64,000 nt of DNA. Source: Myxococcota bacterium. GTDB taxonomy: Bacteria; Myxococcota_A; UBA9160; UBA4427. The notes beneath the pieces were generated by a model. It did no database searches, was not told where the DNA came from, and saw only the letters and a list, made by a program, of their open reading frames with translations. The translations under genes were made by a program, and so were the position numbers. The DNA is taken from the NCBI GenBank assembly GCA_965250285.1, contig OZ252299.1, forward strand, positions 5,280,001-5,344,000, given 5' to 3'. Below, one piece after another: positions 27,204 through 37,698 of this stretch (position 1 is the stretch's first letter; each line of letters begins with the position of its first letter).

Positions 27204-29245
27204 GCGGGTACACCCGTCTGCTCTCGCCCGCTCGCATCGGCTCGATGGCGCTGCGCAACCGCGTCGTGATGTCGCCGATGGAGACCTGCTACGCGACGCG
27301 TGACGGACAACCGTCCGATCGGAGCATCGCGTACTTCGAAGAGCGCGCCCGGGGCGGTGTCGGGCTGATCACGCTGGGCGCCTGCACGGTCGATGCCGCA
27401 CATCGAGAGGTGCCGAACTCGATCGACTTCGGTCGCGACGAGGTGATCGAGGCGCATCGCGCACTGACCGAGCGGGTGCACGCACACGGCGCGAAGATCC
27501 AGCCCCAGCTCGTGCACCCGGGGCCGGACGGGCTCGCGCCCTACCTCTCGAACACGCCGAACGTCGGCCCTTCGGTGATCCCGTCGTACCTCACCGGCAT
27601 TCCGTCGCGTGAGCTCGATGCCGACGAGATCCCGGCCATCGTCGATACGTACGCAAAGGCCGCGCTACGTGTGCGCGAGGCGGGCTACGACGGCATCGAG
27701 CTGCACGCGGCCCATGGCTACATGTTGCTGGGCTCGTTCCTCACGCCGACGCGCAATCGCCGGTCCGACGCCTACACCGGCCAGACGGCCGAGGGCCGCA
27801 CGCGGCTGATCATCGAGGTGCTGCACGCGTTGGCCGGTGCGGTCGGGCGCGACTTTCCGATCACGCTCCGCATCTCGGGCTACGAACGGGTGCCCGGTGG
27901 CCGGGGCATCGCCGACACCCAGGCCATCGCCCCGTCGCTCGTCGAGGCCGGGGTCGATGCGTTTCATGTGAGCGGCGGCGTGATCGACCCCCTGACGAGC
28001 CAGATGGTGACGGGCTCGCACTATGCACCGGCGCACAATGTGGGTGCGGCAGAGGCGGTCAAGCAGGTCGTCGACGTGCCCGTGATCGCGGTCGGGCGCA
28101 TCCACGATCCCGATCTCGCCGAACGGATCCTCACCGAGGGCCGTGCGGATCTGATCGCCATGGCGCGTCCGCTGCTCGCCGACGCCGAGATCGTCACCAA
28201 GCTCGAGTCTGGGCGCGCCCGCGAGATTCGCCGCTGCATCTCTTGCCAGAACTGCATCGAGTCGATGGAGACCGGCCGCATGAGCTGCGCCGTCAACGCG
28301 CGCACGGGTCGCGAGGCCGAGATCTCGCTCGAACCGGTGAGCGAATCGAAGCGGGTGATCGTCGTCGGCGGCGGTCCCGGCGGCCTCGAAGCGGCTCGTG
28401 TCGCGGCGCGCCGTGGGCATCGCGTCTCGCTCTTCGAGCGCGGCGCCGCCCTCGGCGGCTCGCTCGTGATGGCCTCGACGGTGCACCCCGACAACACACC
28501 GCTGCTCGACTTCCTGTGTGCCGACGTCGCACGGGCGGGTGTCGAGGTGCACCTCGAAGAGCACCTCGATGCGGCCTCGGTGGCGCGCCTCGCGCCCGAC
28601 GCCGTCATCGTGGCCACCGGCGGCCAGGTGGTCGCCGCGCGGATCGAGGGGGCCGACGCCGATCACGTCTGGACCGGCCCGTTGCTGCGCGAGCTGATCG
28701 CGGGGCGCGTCTCCGATGCGGCCGCGAAGAAGCTGCCCGGGTGGCAACGTGCCGGGCTCGCGCTGCTCGGGGCGCGGCTGCAGCGTTGGATGACCCCCGC
28801 CCGGTGGCGCGCCCTCGCCCGGTGGTGGCTGCCGCTCGGTCACCGCGTCGTGATCGTGGGGGGCGATCTCGCCGCGACCGAGCTCGCCGAGTGGCTGGCC
28901 GAGCTCGGGCGTCGCGTGAGCGTGATCGAAGCCGGTTCAGACATCGCGCACGAGGTCGGGCTCAAGCGCCGGACCGAGCACATGGAGCGGCTCGACAGAC
29001 TCGGCGTGACGGTGCACACGCAGACCCACGTCGCACGGATCGAGCGCGGCGTGGTTCGGCTCGAGGGCGGCGCGCAGATTGAAGCCGACTCGGTGATCGT
29101 GGCGGGCGAGCCCGCACCCGACACCACGCTCTTCGACGCGCTCAAGGGCAGCGCCCCCGACGTCATCGCCGTCGGTGACTGCACCGGTCTCGGCTTGATC
29201 CGCAAGGCCATCGAAGAGGGCGCCCGCGCGGGCGCGTCGATCTAA
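27200..29245 (+). CDS. NADH:flavin oxidoreductase (OYE barrel + 4Fe-4S + FAD domain; FadH/BaiCD-like)
   Basis: LRNRVVMSPM, GYDGIELHAAHGYML, CISCQNC...C, VVGGGPGGLEAA; GTGA overlap. Confidence 0.9.
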   Translation: MSGYTRLLSPARIGSMALRNRVVMSPMETCYATRDGQPSDRSIAYFEERARGGVGLITLGACTVDAAHREVPNSIDFGRDEVIEAHRALTERVHAHGAKIQPQLVHPGPDGLAPYLSNTPNVGPSVIPSYLTGIPSRELDADEIPAIVDTYAKAALRVREAGYDGIELHAAHGYMLLGSFLTPTRNRRSDAYTGQTAEGRTRLIIEVLHALAGAVGRDFPITLRISGYERVPGGRGIADTQAIAPSLVEAGVDAFHVSGGVIDPLTSQMVTGSHYAPAHNVGAAEAVKQVVDVPVIAVGRIHDPDLAERILTEGRADLIAMARPLLADAEIVTKLESGRAREIRRCISCQNCIESMETGRMSCAVNARTGREAEISLEPVSESKRVIVVGGGPGGLEAARVAARRGHRVSLFERGAALGGSLVMASTVHPDNTPLLDFLCADVARAGVEVHLEEHLDAASVARLAPDAVIVATGGQVVAARIEGADADHVWTGPLLRELIAGRVSDAAAKKLPGWQRAGLALLGARLQRWMTPARWRALARWWLPLGHRVVIVGGDLAATELAEWLAELGRRVSVIEAGSDIAHEVGLKRRTEHMERLDRLGVTVHTQTHVARIERGVVRLEGGAQIEADSVIVAGEPAPDTTLFDALKGSAPDVIAVGDCTGLGLIRKAIEEGARAGASI

Positions 29246-29267
29246 CCGAATCAATCGGAGACATCGC

Positions 29268-29720
29268 GTGATCTACTACGAAGACTACGAGATCGGCGCG
29301 AAGCGTCGGATGGGCTCGGTCACGCTCTCGAAGGAGGAGATCGTCGACTTCGCGCGCAAGTTCGATCCACAGCCGTTTCACATCGACGAGGCGGCAGCCG
29401 AGGCCTCGATCTTCGGTGGACTGACCGCGTCGTCGTGCCACACGTTCGCGCTGACCGGTCTGATCAATGCGCAGAACATCGAGAAGTCGGCGGTGGTCGC
29501 GAACCTGGGTGCCGATTCGCTGAGATTTCCCGAGCCGGTGCGACCCGGCGACACGCTGACGCTCACGAGCGAGTGCACTGAGAAGCGCGTCTCGAAGTCG
29601 CGCCCTTCGATCGGCATCGTCGCGTGCCGGACGTGCCTCGAGAACCAACAGGGCGTGATCGTGATGGACGTGATGATGCGCTTCATGGTGCAGCTGCGCG
29701 CAGGGGCCGAAGCCGGGTAG
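29268..29720 (+). CDS. MaoC-family dehydratase
   Basis: FARKFDPQPFHIDE, FGGLTASSCHT, PVRPGDTL. Confidence 0.9.
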   Translation: MIYYEDYEIGAKRRMGSVTLSKEEIVDFARKFDPQPFHIDEAAAEASIFGGLTASSCHTFALTGLINAQNIEKSAVVANLGADSLRFPEPVRPGDTLTLTSECTEKRVSKSRPSIGIVACRTCLENQQGVIVMDVMMRFMVQLRAGAEAG

Positions 29721-29721
29721 C

Positions 29722-30594
29722 TCAGTCGGGGTCGACTGGCGCGTCGCGTTGGGCGCGTTCGCGCGCGGTGGCCACCATCTCCTTCGTGACCGGATCTTGC
29801 GCTCGGACCCCTCGCCGCAGCATCGATGGCCAGAGCGCGCGCAGCAGCCGCGCCGCCACGAGGGCCGGGTTGCGCCGCGGGATCGTGACTTCACGCTTGC
29901 CCTTTTCGATGACGTCGAGCACGCCCTCGGCAACCGCCTCGGGCGGATAGAGCCGGCCCGAGTAGTGCCCGGGCTGGTCGAGCTTCGACCAGATCTCGGT
30001 GTCGATCGGCCCCGGGTGGACCAGGCCGACGTGAATGTCGGTCTCGTGCAGATCGTTCCAGAGCCCCTCTGTGAACGCGTTCATCGCGGCCTTCGACGCG
30101 GCGTAGACCGACTCGTGGGTCGGGACGACCTTCGCAGCGATCGATGAGACATTCACGATCGTGCCCCCGCCCTGGCGCAGGAAGATCGGAATCGCGCGCA
30201 GCGTGATCGTGGCCATCGACGTGAAGTTCACCGCGATGGCGCGGTCGACGTCGCCGGGCGTCGTCTCGAAGATCTGTTTGTGCATGGGGATGGCTGCGTT
30301 GTTCACGACCACGTCGAGGCGGCCGCCTTCCTCGACGACCATCTCGGGGAGCGATGCGGCGAAGGCCGGGTCGGCGAGGTCGCCCGGCAGCACGCAGACG
30401 TCGGCGTTGAAGGTGCGCCCCTCCTCGGCGAGAGCTTCGAGCCGGTCTTCGCGTCGCGCGGTGACGGCGACGCGGTAGCCGCGGTGTGCCAGCCGAAGCG
30501 CGGTGGCGCGACCGATCCCCGACGAAGCGCCCGTCACGAGCGCGACCGGCGCCGGCTCTCCATCGTGGGTTGCATAGATGGGCGCATCGCTCAT
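29722..30594 (-). CDS. Short-chain dehydrogenase/reductase
   Basis: TGASSGIG, NNAA, YAASK. Confidence 0.9.
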   Translation of the reverse strand: MSDAPIYATHDGEPAPVALVTGASSGIGRATALRLAHRGYRVAVTARREDRLEALAEEGRTFNADVCVLPGDLADPAFAASLPEMVVEEGGRLDVVVNNAAIPMHKQIFETTPGDVDRAIAVNFTSMATITLRAIPIFLRQGGGTIVNVSSIAAKVVPTHESVYAASKAAMNAFTEGLWNDLHETDIHVGLVHPGPIDTEIWSKLDQPGHYSGRLYPPEAVAEGVLDVIEKGKREVTIPRRNPALVAARLLRALWPSMLRRGVRAQDPVTKEMVATARERAQRDAPVDPD

Positions 30595-30748
30595 GGCTCA
30601 AGGGCTCCCGGTGGCAGAGCCATGATACATTGCGGTGCACCCGCCGATCTCGTGTGATGCGCCGCGCGGGGCGTGGTGCGGGCGCGGTGCGGGCGTGGTG
30701 AGCGCGGCCAGCGCGAGTGTGATGTGCGCGTGACGCGCGAGACAGAGG

Positions 30749-31843
30749 ATGCCGTCGACGATGACCCAGCGCCGTCCCTTGCGTCGCGATGCCGAGACCG
30801 GTCGCGTCGAGATCCTCGATCAGACCCGACTGCCCCACGAGGTCGTGTGGGTCGAGCTCGGAGATCTGGCTTCGGCCGCCGAGGCGATCCGTTCGATGCA
30901 GGTTCGGGGCGCACCGTTGATCGGTGCGGTCGCCGCTTACGGGATCGCGCTGGCCCTCGATGCCGACGCGAGCGACGCAGCGCTGGCCGAGGCGACGGCG
31001 ACCTTGCAGGCGACGCGCCCGACCGCCGTCAATCTCGCCTGGGCGCTCGATCAGGCGAACCAGGCGGTGGCCGACGTGGCGCCCGATGCGCGCGCCGGCG
31101 TCGCGTACGCGCTCGCCGATCGGATCTGCGATGACGAGGGTGCGCGCTGCGCAGCGATCGGGCGGCATGGCGTCGAGCTGATTCGAAAGGTGGCCGAGAG
31201 CCGATCGGCGGGGCCGGTGCACGTGCTGACCCATTGCAACGCGGGCATGCTCGCGACGTTCGACTACGGCACGGCGCTGGCCCCGATCTACATGGCCTTC
31301 GAGGAAGGCATCGACGTTCATGTCTGGGTCGACGAGACGCGGCCGCTCGATCAGGGCAGTCGACTCACGGCGTGGGAGCTGGCCGACGCGGGCGTTGCGC
31401 ACACGGTCATCGTCGACAACGCGGGCGGGCACCTGATGCAGCACGGACAGGTCGATCTGTGCATCGTCGGCAGCGATCGCACCACGGCCCACGGCGACGT
31501 CTGCAACAAGGTCGGCACCTACCTGAAGGCGCTGGCCGCGTTCGACAACGGCGTGCCCTTCTATGCCGCACTCCCGACGAGCACGATCGACTGGTCGATG
31601 AAGGACGGGGTCGCCGAGATCCCGATCGAGGAGCGCGCACCCGACGAGGTGCGCGACAGCGTCGGCGTCGACGAGGCCGGCGAGCTGCATCGGGTTCGGC
31701 GCTTCGCTGCATCGACGCCGGTCGCGAACTACGCGTTCGACGTGACGCCGGCGCGGCTGGTGACGGGGTTGATTACCGAGCACGGGGTTGTGGGGGCTTC
31801 GGCCGCGGGGGTGCGGGGGTTGCGGGAGCGGGGGCTTAGCTAG
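30749..31843 (+). CDS. mtnA: S-methyl-5-thioribose-1-phosphate isomerase
   Basis: LDQTRLP, MQVRGAPLIG, TRPTAVNL, LTHCNAG, DETRP..QG.RLTAWEL, NKVGTY, AFDVTPA; start may be 30761. Confidence 0.95.
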   Translation: MPSTMTQRRPLRRDAETGRVEILDQTRLPHEVVWVELGDLASAAEAIRSMQVRGAPLIGAVAAYGIALALDADASDAALAEATATLQATRPTAVNLAWALDQANQAVADVAPDARAGVAYALADRICDDEGARCAAIGRHGVELIRKVAESRSAGPVHVLTHCNAGMLATFDYGTALAPIYMAFEEGIDVHVWVDETRPLDQGSRLTAWELADAGVAHTVIVDNAGGHLMQHGQVDLCIVGSDRTTAHGDVCNKVGTYLKALAAFDNGVPFYAALPTSTIDWSMKDGVAEIPIEERAPDEVRDSVGVDEAGELHRVRRFAASTPVANYAFDVTPARLVTGLITEHGVVGASAAGVRGLRERGLS

Positions 31844-31848
31844 GCCGG

Positions 31849-31980
31849 GTCGCATTTCGGGGGCGTCGTCCTCAGACTGCGGCGTGCCGTTTTTCTTGGG
31901 GCGGGCGGTCTTGCTTGTGCCGTTGGGGGTGGGTCGGGCTGGCACGCCTTCGATTGCGGGCGCCGCCCCCGAAATGCGAC
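31849..31980. repeat. ~133 bp hairpin/MITE-like element, copy 2
   Basis: Arms GTCGCATTTCGGGGGCGTCGTCC and GGGCGCCGCCCCCGAAATGCGAC. Confidence 0.85.
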
Positions 31981-32035
31981 GACGGGCGGCCGAGCGGCTT
32001 GCGCGCGGGGCCCCACGGATCGTTTGGGGGTGGGG

Positions 32036-32113
32036 AGGGCTCGCCGCGGCCTTTGGCCGCGTCTTGCTGGAGTTGGTTCGGAAGGGCTCGCCGCGGCCTT
32101 TGGCCGCGTCTTG
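32036..32113. repeat. Two identical 31 bp REP-like palindromic units
   Basis: AGGGCTCGCCGCGGCCTTTGGCCGCGTCTTG at 32036-32066 and 32083-32113; internal hairpin CGCGGCC-TTT-GGCCGCG. Confidence 0.85.
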
Positions 32114-32134
32114 TGGGGGGTGGTGTCGGAGGGG

Positions 32135-34393
32135 TCAGGCGAGGTGGGCTTGGCCTGGGCCGGGGTGGATGTGGCCGATGATGCGGGCGGTCGGGTCGCC
32201 AGCCTGGTGGAGGGCGGTGACGTAGGCATCGGCGTCATTGGGGGCGACGGCGACGAGCAGGCCGCCCGAGGTCTGAGGGTCGATCAGCAGGTCGATCGTC
32301 GACGCGTCGGGGAGCTCACCCTTCACGGTGAAACGGCGCGCCTCGGCGTTGGCGGCGTGGGCGGTGCTGTGGAGACCGCGCGCGAAGAAGTCGAGGGCGC
32401 CGGGCAAGGCCGGCACCTGGGCCACGTCGATCGTCGCGTCGACCCGGCTCGCCTGGAGCATCTCGCCGAGATGACCGAGCAGGCCGAATCCACTCACGTC
32501 GGTCGCCGCCGCGACATCGTGTTCGAGCGCGAGTCGGGCGGCGTCGGCATTCGATCGCAGCATCGAGTCGACGGTGGACTGCCAGATGTGCCCGGGCGCG
32601 AGCCCGCGCATGTCGGCGGCGAGGACGACCCCCGTGCCGAGCGGCTTCGTCAGCACGAGCCGATCGTGCGGGCGCAGTCGATCGACGGCGAGCGGCGCCG
32701 TCTCGCCCGGCATCGTGCCGGTGATGGTGAGACCGACGAACAGCTCGGGGCCGACCGTCGTGTGGCCGCCGACGAGGCTGACGCCGGCGGCATCGAGCTC
32801 GTGGCGCAGCGCGGCGAGCACCTGATCGAGTCGCCGCCGGGTGCGTTCGGGTGTGCTGCGTTCGACGGTGACGAGCGCGAGCGCGTGGCGCGGCGTGCCG
32901 CCCTTGGCGTAGACGTCCGAGAGCGCGTTCTGCGCAGCGACGCGCGCGACGAGCCACGGATCGTCGTCGAAGGCGCGAAAGCCGTCGACCGTGGCGAGCA
33001 GCACGTCCCCACCCGGCAGCTGCAAGGCCGCCGCATCGTCGGGGCGGTCGAGTCCGAGCAACACCGAGGGATCGTCGGGCGCGGCCGCGAGCTCGGCGAG
33101 GGCGGCCTCGAGCGAGCGCGGATCGACCTTGGCCGCACACCCGCCGCACTCCATCTCGGCCTCGTCGCCCTGCATGGAGGGGAAGCTCGGGCTCGGGCGG
33201 CCCGCCCCGTCGAGCACCTGGAACTTCTCCATGAACGCCCGGTCGATGCGCTCTTTGAGCCGCCACGGTGCGCGCCCCGCGAAGCTGACACCGTTTCTGT
33301 GGGCGATGGCACGGCCATCGCCGAGGTTGAGCAGATGCAGGAAGTCGCGCTGCGGGCGATAGGGCTCGAGCCTTCGGCCTTCGAGCGTGGCGCGCAGGTT
33401 GCGTGAGAGCACCGGCCCCTGGCGCACCGCATACACGCCCGCCTTGGGCAGTCGCTGCGGCGTGAATGCTGCACAATCGCCGGCGGCAAAGAGCGTGTCG
33501 CTGCCTTCGACGCGCAGATCGGCGCCCACGCGGACGAAGCCGGCCTCATCGAGGGGCAGCGGCGACGAGGTGCAGACGGGCAGGGCGGCGCCGCCGGCCG
33601 CCCAGATGACGAGATCGGCGGGATGATCGTGGCGGTCGCCCGACGCGGCGGCCGGGGCCGACGCCGGCCGCACGGTCGAAACGGCGTCGCGTCGCACCTC
33701 GACCACCTGCGAGCGCGGGACGAACCGGATGCCTCGCTCGTCGAGCGCCTTCTGCACGGCGCGGCGAAGCGACGGCTTCGCCCCACCCATTGGCTGCGCG
33801 TCGGGCGAGAGCAGCGACCATTCGAAGCGACGCGCGAGATCGCCCAGCCGTGCGTGAAGCGTGCAGGCGATCTCGACGCCGGCGGCACCGGCCCCGACGA
33901 CGACGACGCGCTGAGGCGAGCCGTCGGGGTTTGCCTCGAATCGCTCGCGCAGGGAGCGCACCGCCTCGTCGAGCCGCTCGACGAAACGGCCGATCGGCCG
34001 GGTCGCGAGCGCGAACCGCTCGACGCCTTTCAGCTCGAGCCCCCGTACGGTCGAGCCGACGTCGAGGCTCGCGACGTCGAAGGCGATGGGGGGCCGCCCT
34101 TCGAGCTCGATGCGACGCTCGACTGGATCGATCCGGGTGGCGGCCGAGAGCACGACGCTGCCGCCTGCGCGACGCACCAGCGGAACGAGATCGATCGTGC
34201 ACTCGGCCGCATCGAAGTCACCGGCGACGAAGCCAGGCACCATGCCCGAGTAGAGCGCCTCGGCGCGGTCGAGTACGACCGTCAGCGCGACGCCCTCGAC
34301 GGGCGACATCATCCACTGCTTGATGACCTGGACGTGGGCGTGTCCACCGCCGACGAGGACGAGGTCTCGCTCGGGCGTGGTCACGGGTTGCAC
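32135..34393 (-). CDS. selD: FAD-dependent pyridine nucleotide-disulfide oxidoreductase / selenophosphate synthetase fusion
   Basis: N-half LVLVGGGHAH, YSGMVPG, FAAGDCA, PKAGVYAVRQGP; C-half CGGCAAK, DDAA, LSDVYAKGG, GGHT, LTKPLGTG, TDVSGFGLLGH, DPQTSGGLL. Confidence 0.93.
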   Translation of the reverse strand: MQPVTTPERDLVLVGGGHAHVQVIKQWMMSPVEGVALTVVLDRAEALYSGMVPGFVAGDFDAAECTIDLVPLVRRAGGSVVLSAATRIDPVERRIELEGRPPIAFDVASLDVGSTVRGLELKGVERFALATRPIGRFVERLDEAVRSLRERFEANPDGSPQRVVVVGAGAAGVEIACTLHARLGDLARRFEWSLLSPDAQPMGGAKPSLRRAVQKALDERGIRFVPRSQVVEVRRDAVSTVRPASAPAAASGDRHDHPADLVIWAAGGAALPVCTSSPLPLDEAGFVRVGADLRVEGSDTLFAAGDCAAFTPQRLPKAGVYAVRQGPVLSRNLRATLEGRRLEPYRPQRDFLHLLNLGDGRAIAHRNGVSFAGRAPWRLKERIDRAFMEKFQVLDGAGRPSPSFPSMQGDEAEMECGGCAAKVDPRSLEAALAELAAAPDDPSVLLGLDRPDDAAALQLPGGDVLLATVDGFRAFDDDPWLVARVAAQNALSDVYAKGGTPRHALALVTVERSTPERTRRRLDQVLAALRHELDAAGVSLVGGHTTVGPELFVGLTITGTMPGETAPLAVDRLRPHDRLVLTKPLGTGVVLAADMRGLAPGHIWQSTVDSMLRSNADAARLALEHDVAAATDVSGFGLLGHLGEMLQASRVDATIDVAQVPALPGALDFFARGLHSTAHAANAEARRFTVKGELPDASTIDLLIDPQTSGGLLVAVAPNDADAYVTALHQAGDPTARIIGHIHPGPGQAHLA

Positions 34394-34403
34394 GCGCGGG
34401 GCT

Positions 34404-35816
34404 CTAGGCTGCGCGCACGACGATGCGCGTGACGGCCTTGACGTTGGCGCAGGCCGACGCTTCGGGGACGTCGTCGGGGATCAGCAGCCGAAACGGGCCG
34501 CCCTTCTTCTCTGAGAGCGGCTCGCCGCCATCGCCGTGCAGCAGCACGCCCTCGCGCAGCGCATGCAGGGGCACCGGCTCACTGGCGAACCCGTCGGCGG
34601 CGCAGATGACCGCGAACCCGTCGTCGGGGGCTTCGACGCGCTCGAGCACGCCCGACATGCGCGCCGCGCTGCCCGTGCGCTTCGGAAAGAGACCGCTGAC
34701 GTCGTCGATCTGGCCGTCGACCCCGGCCACGTCGTCGCGGCGCAGCACCGCGGTGCTCTCGTCGGGCAGTACGAACTCGATCTGATTGGCCTGGGCGCGC
34801 AGCTCGGTCTCGTCGAGGATCGCGGCCTCGATCGACCTCGCGAGCGCATCGATGAGTGCCTGGCCGTCGCCCGCGGCGATGAGATCGACGCGACTGTCTC
34901 GGCGATGCGCCGTCGACGCGACGTTCGTCACGCCGGCCGTCCACTCGACGCGCAAGAAGCCCTCGCGCGTGCGGAACAAACCCTTGGCGCGGGTCAGTCG
35001 GCCCGCGCCCTCCTGCTTCGCGGCTGCCTCGAGCGCGTCTTCGATTCGGCTGCGTTCGAACACGACATCGGGCGCCCACGCGAGCGAGCGCGCGACGAAT
35101 CCATCGGTCGAACCGTGCGGTGCATGGTCATGCGCGTGATCGTGATCATGGCCGTGGTCGTGATGATGATCGTGTGCGTGCGGGTCGCTCGCCGGCGCCC
35201 GACGCGGCCCCTCGCCTTCGGGCCAGGTCATGTGCTCCATCGAGAGTGCGCCGTGGCTCGTGTGCAGCGTGTCGAGGGGGGCGGGCCAGAGTGCGGCGGC
35301 CCATGCATCGAACGCGGCGAGCTCGCTCTCGCTACACACGTCGGCGTGATTCGCGACGAGCACGTCGGCGACCTCGGCCTGCTCATCGATCAGCCCCTTC
35401 TCCTCGGGCGACGGCGATGCGAGGCGCCTCGGGTCGACGAGCACCACGACGGGCTCGACCTCGACCTCGTCGCGGTGGGGTCCGCGGCGGATCGTGTCGA
35501 CCAGATCCTGCGGTCGCGCGAGACCGGTCGGCTCGATCAGGATGCGGTCGGGCTTCTGCGCGAGAATCGAGCCCAGCGCGTTGACGAAGCCCTCCGGTGC
35601 CGTGCAGCAGACGCAGCCACCGGGGATGTTCGTGATCTCGAAGGGCGACTCGCCTTCGATCACCGCTTCGTCGAAGCCGGCTTCGCCGAAATCGTTCACG
35701 ATGACGGCGATCTGCTCGTCGCTCGCCTGGTCGCGACGAAGCCGCAGCTGGTGCCGGATCGCGGTCGTCTTGCCGGCACCGAGAAAACCCGAGACGATGT
35801 GGAGGGGGATGGGCAT
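34404..35816 (-). CDS. COG0523/CobW-family metallochaperone GTPase with a His-rich linker and an extra C-terminal domain
   Basis: SGFLGAGKTT, VNDFGE, GGCVCC, IEPTGLA, HAHDHHHDHGHDHDHAHDH, RAKGLF; extra ~125 aa with AADGF, GGPFRLLIP, CANVKAV. Confidence 0.88.
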   Translation of the reverse strand: MPIPLHIVSGFLGAGKTTAIRHQLRLRRDQASDEQIAVIVNDFGEAGFDEAVIEGESPFEITNIPGGCVCCTAPEGFVNALGSILAQKPDRILIEPTGLARPQDLVDTIRRGPHRDEVEVEPVVVLVDPRRLASPSPEEKGLIDEQAEVADVLVANHADVCSESELAAFDAWAAALWPAPLDTLHTSHGALSMEHMTWPEGEGPRRAPASDPHAHDHHHDHGHDHDHAHDHAPHGSTDGFVARSLAWAPDVVFERSRIEDALEAAAKQEGAGRLTRAKGLFRTREGFLRVEWTAGVTNVASTAHRRDSRVDLIAAGDGQALIDALARSIEAAILDETELRAQANQIEFVLPDESTAVLRRDDVAGVDGQIDDVSGLFPKRTGSAARMSGVLERVEAPDDGFAVICAADGFASEPVPLHALREGVLLHGDGGEPLSEKKGGPFRLLIPDDVPEASACANVKAVTRIVVRAA

Positions 35817-35907
35817 GGCGTGCTCCTCGATGATTCGAGCGGGCGGCCTGTCGTCATGGCCGCCCCGGTTTCGATTCCGCCGTGGCGGGCGGCGTGACCG
35901 GGTCGCC

Positions 35908-37569
<1,662 letters not shown>

Positions 37570-37698
37570 CGTCTCTCGCGGTCTCCAGCGTGCGGATCAG
37601 GCAGGGTAGCGGACGGTGCGCGCGCGGGCGCAGGGCCGGTCCGGGCCTGCCCCGGCGCGATTCGCCGCGCCCGGTTCGTGCGCGGCGACGCCGCGGCG

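Noticed and set aside
30669..30701. 3 x 11 bp GGGCG(T/C)GGTG(C/A) tandem before mtnA
   Set aside because: Short, low-complexity GC repeat with no evidence of function.
32036..32113. Possible mini-CRISPR
   Set aside because: Only two repeats, a 16 bp spacer and no cas genes in the window.
35817..35907. Cobalamin riboswitch upstream of cobW
   Set aside because: Only about 90 nt with one GGCGGCC/GGCCGCC hairpin; no B12-box recognised.
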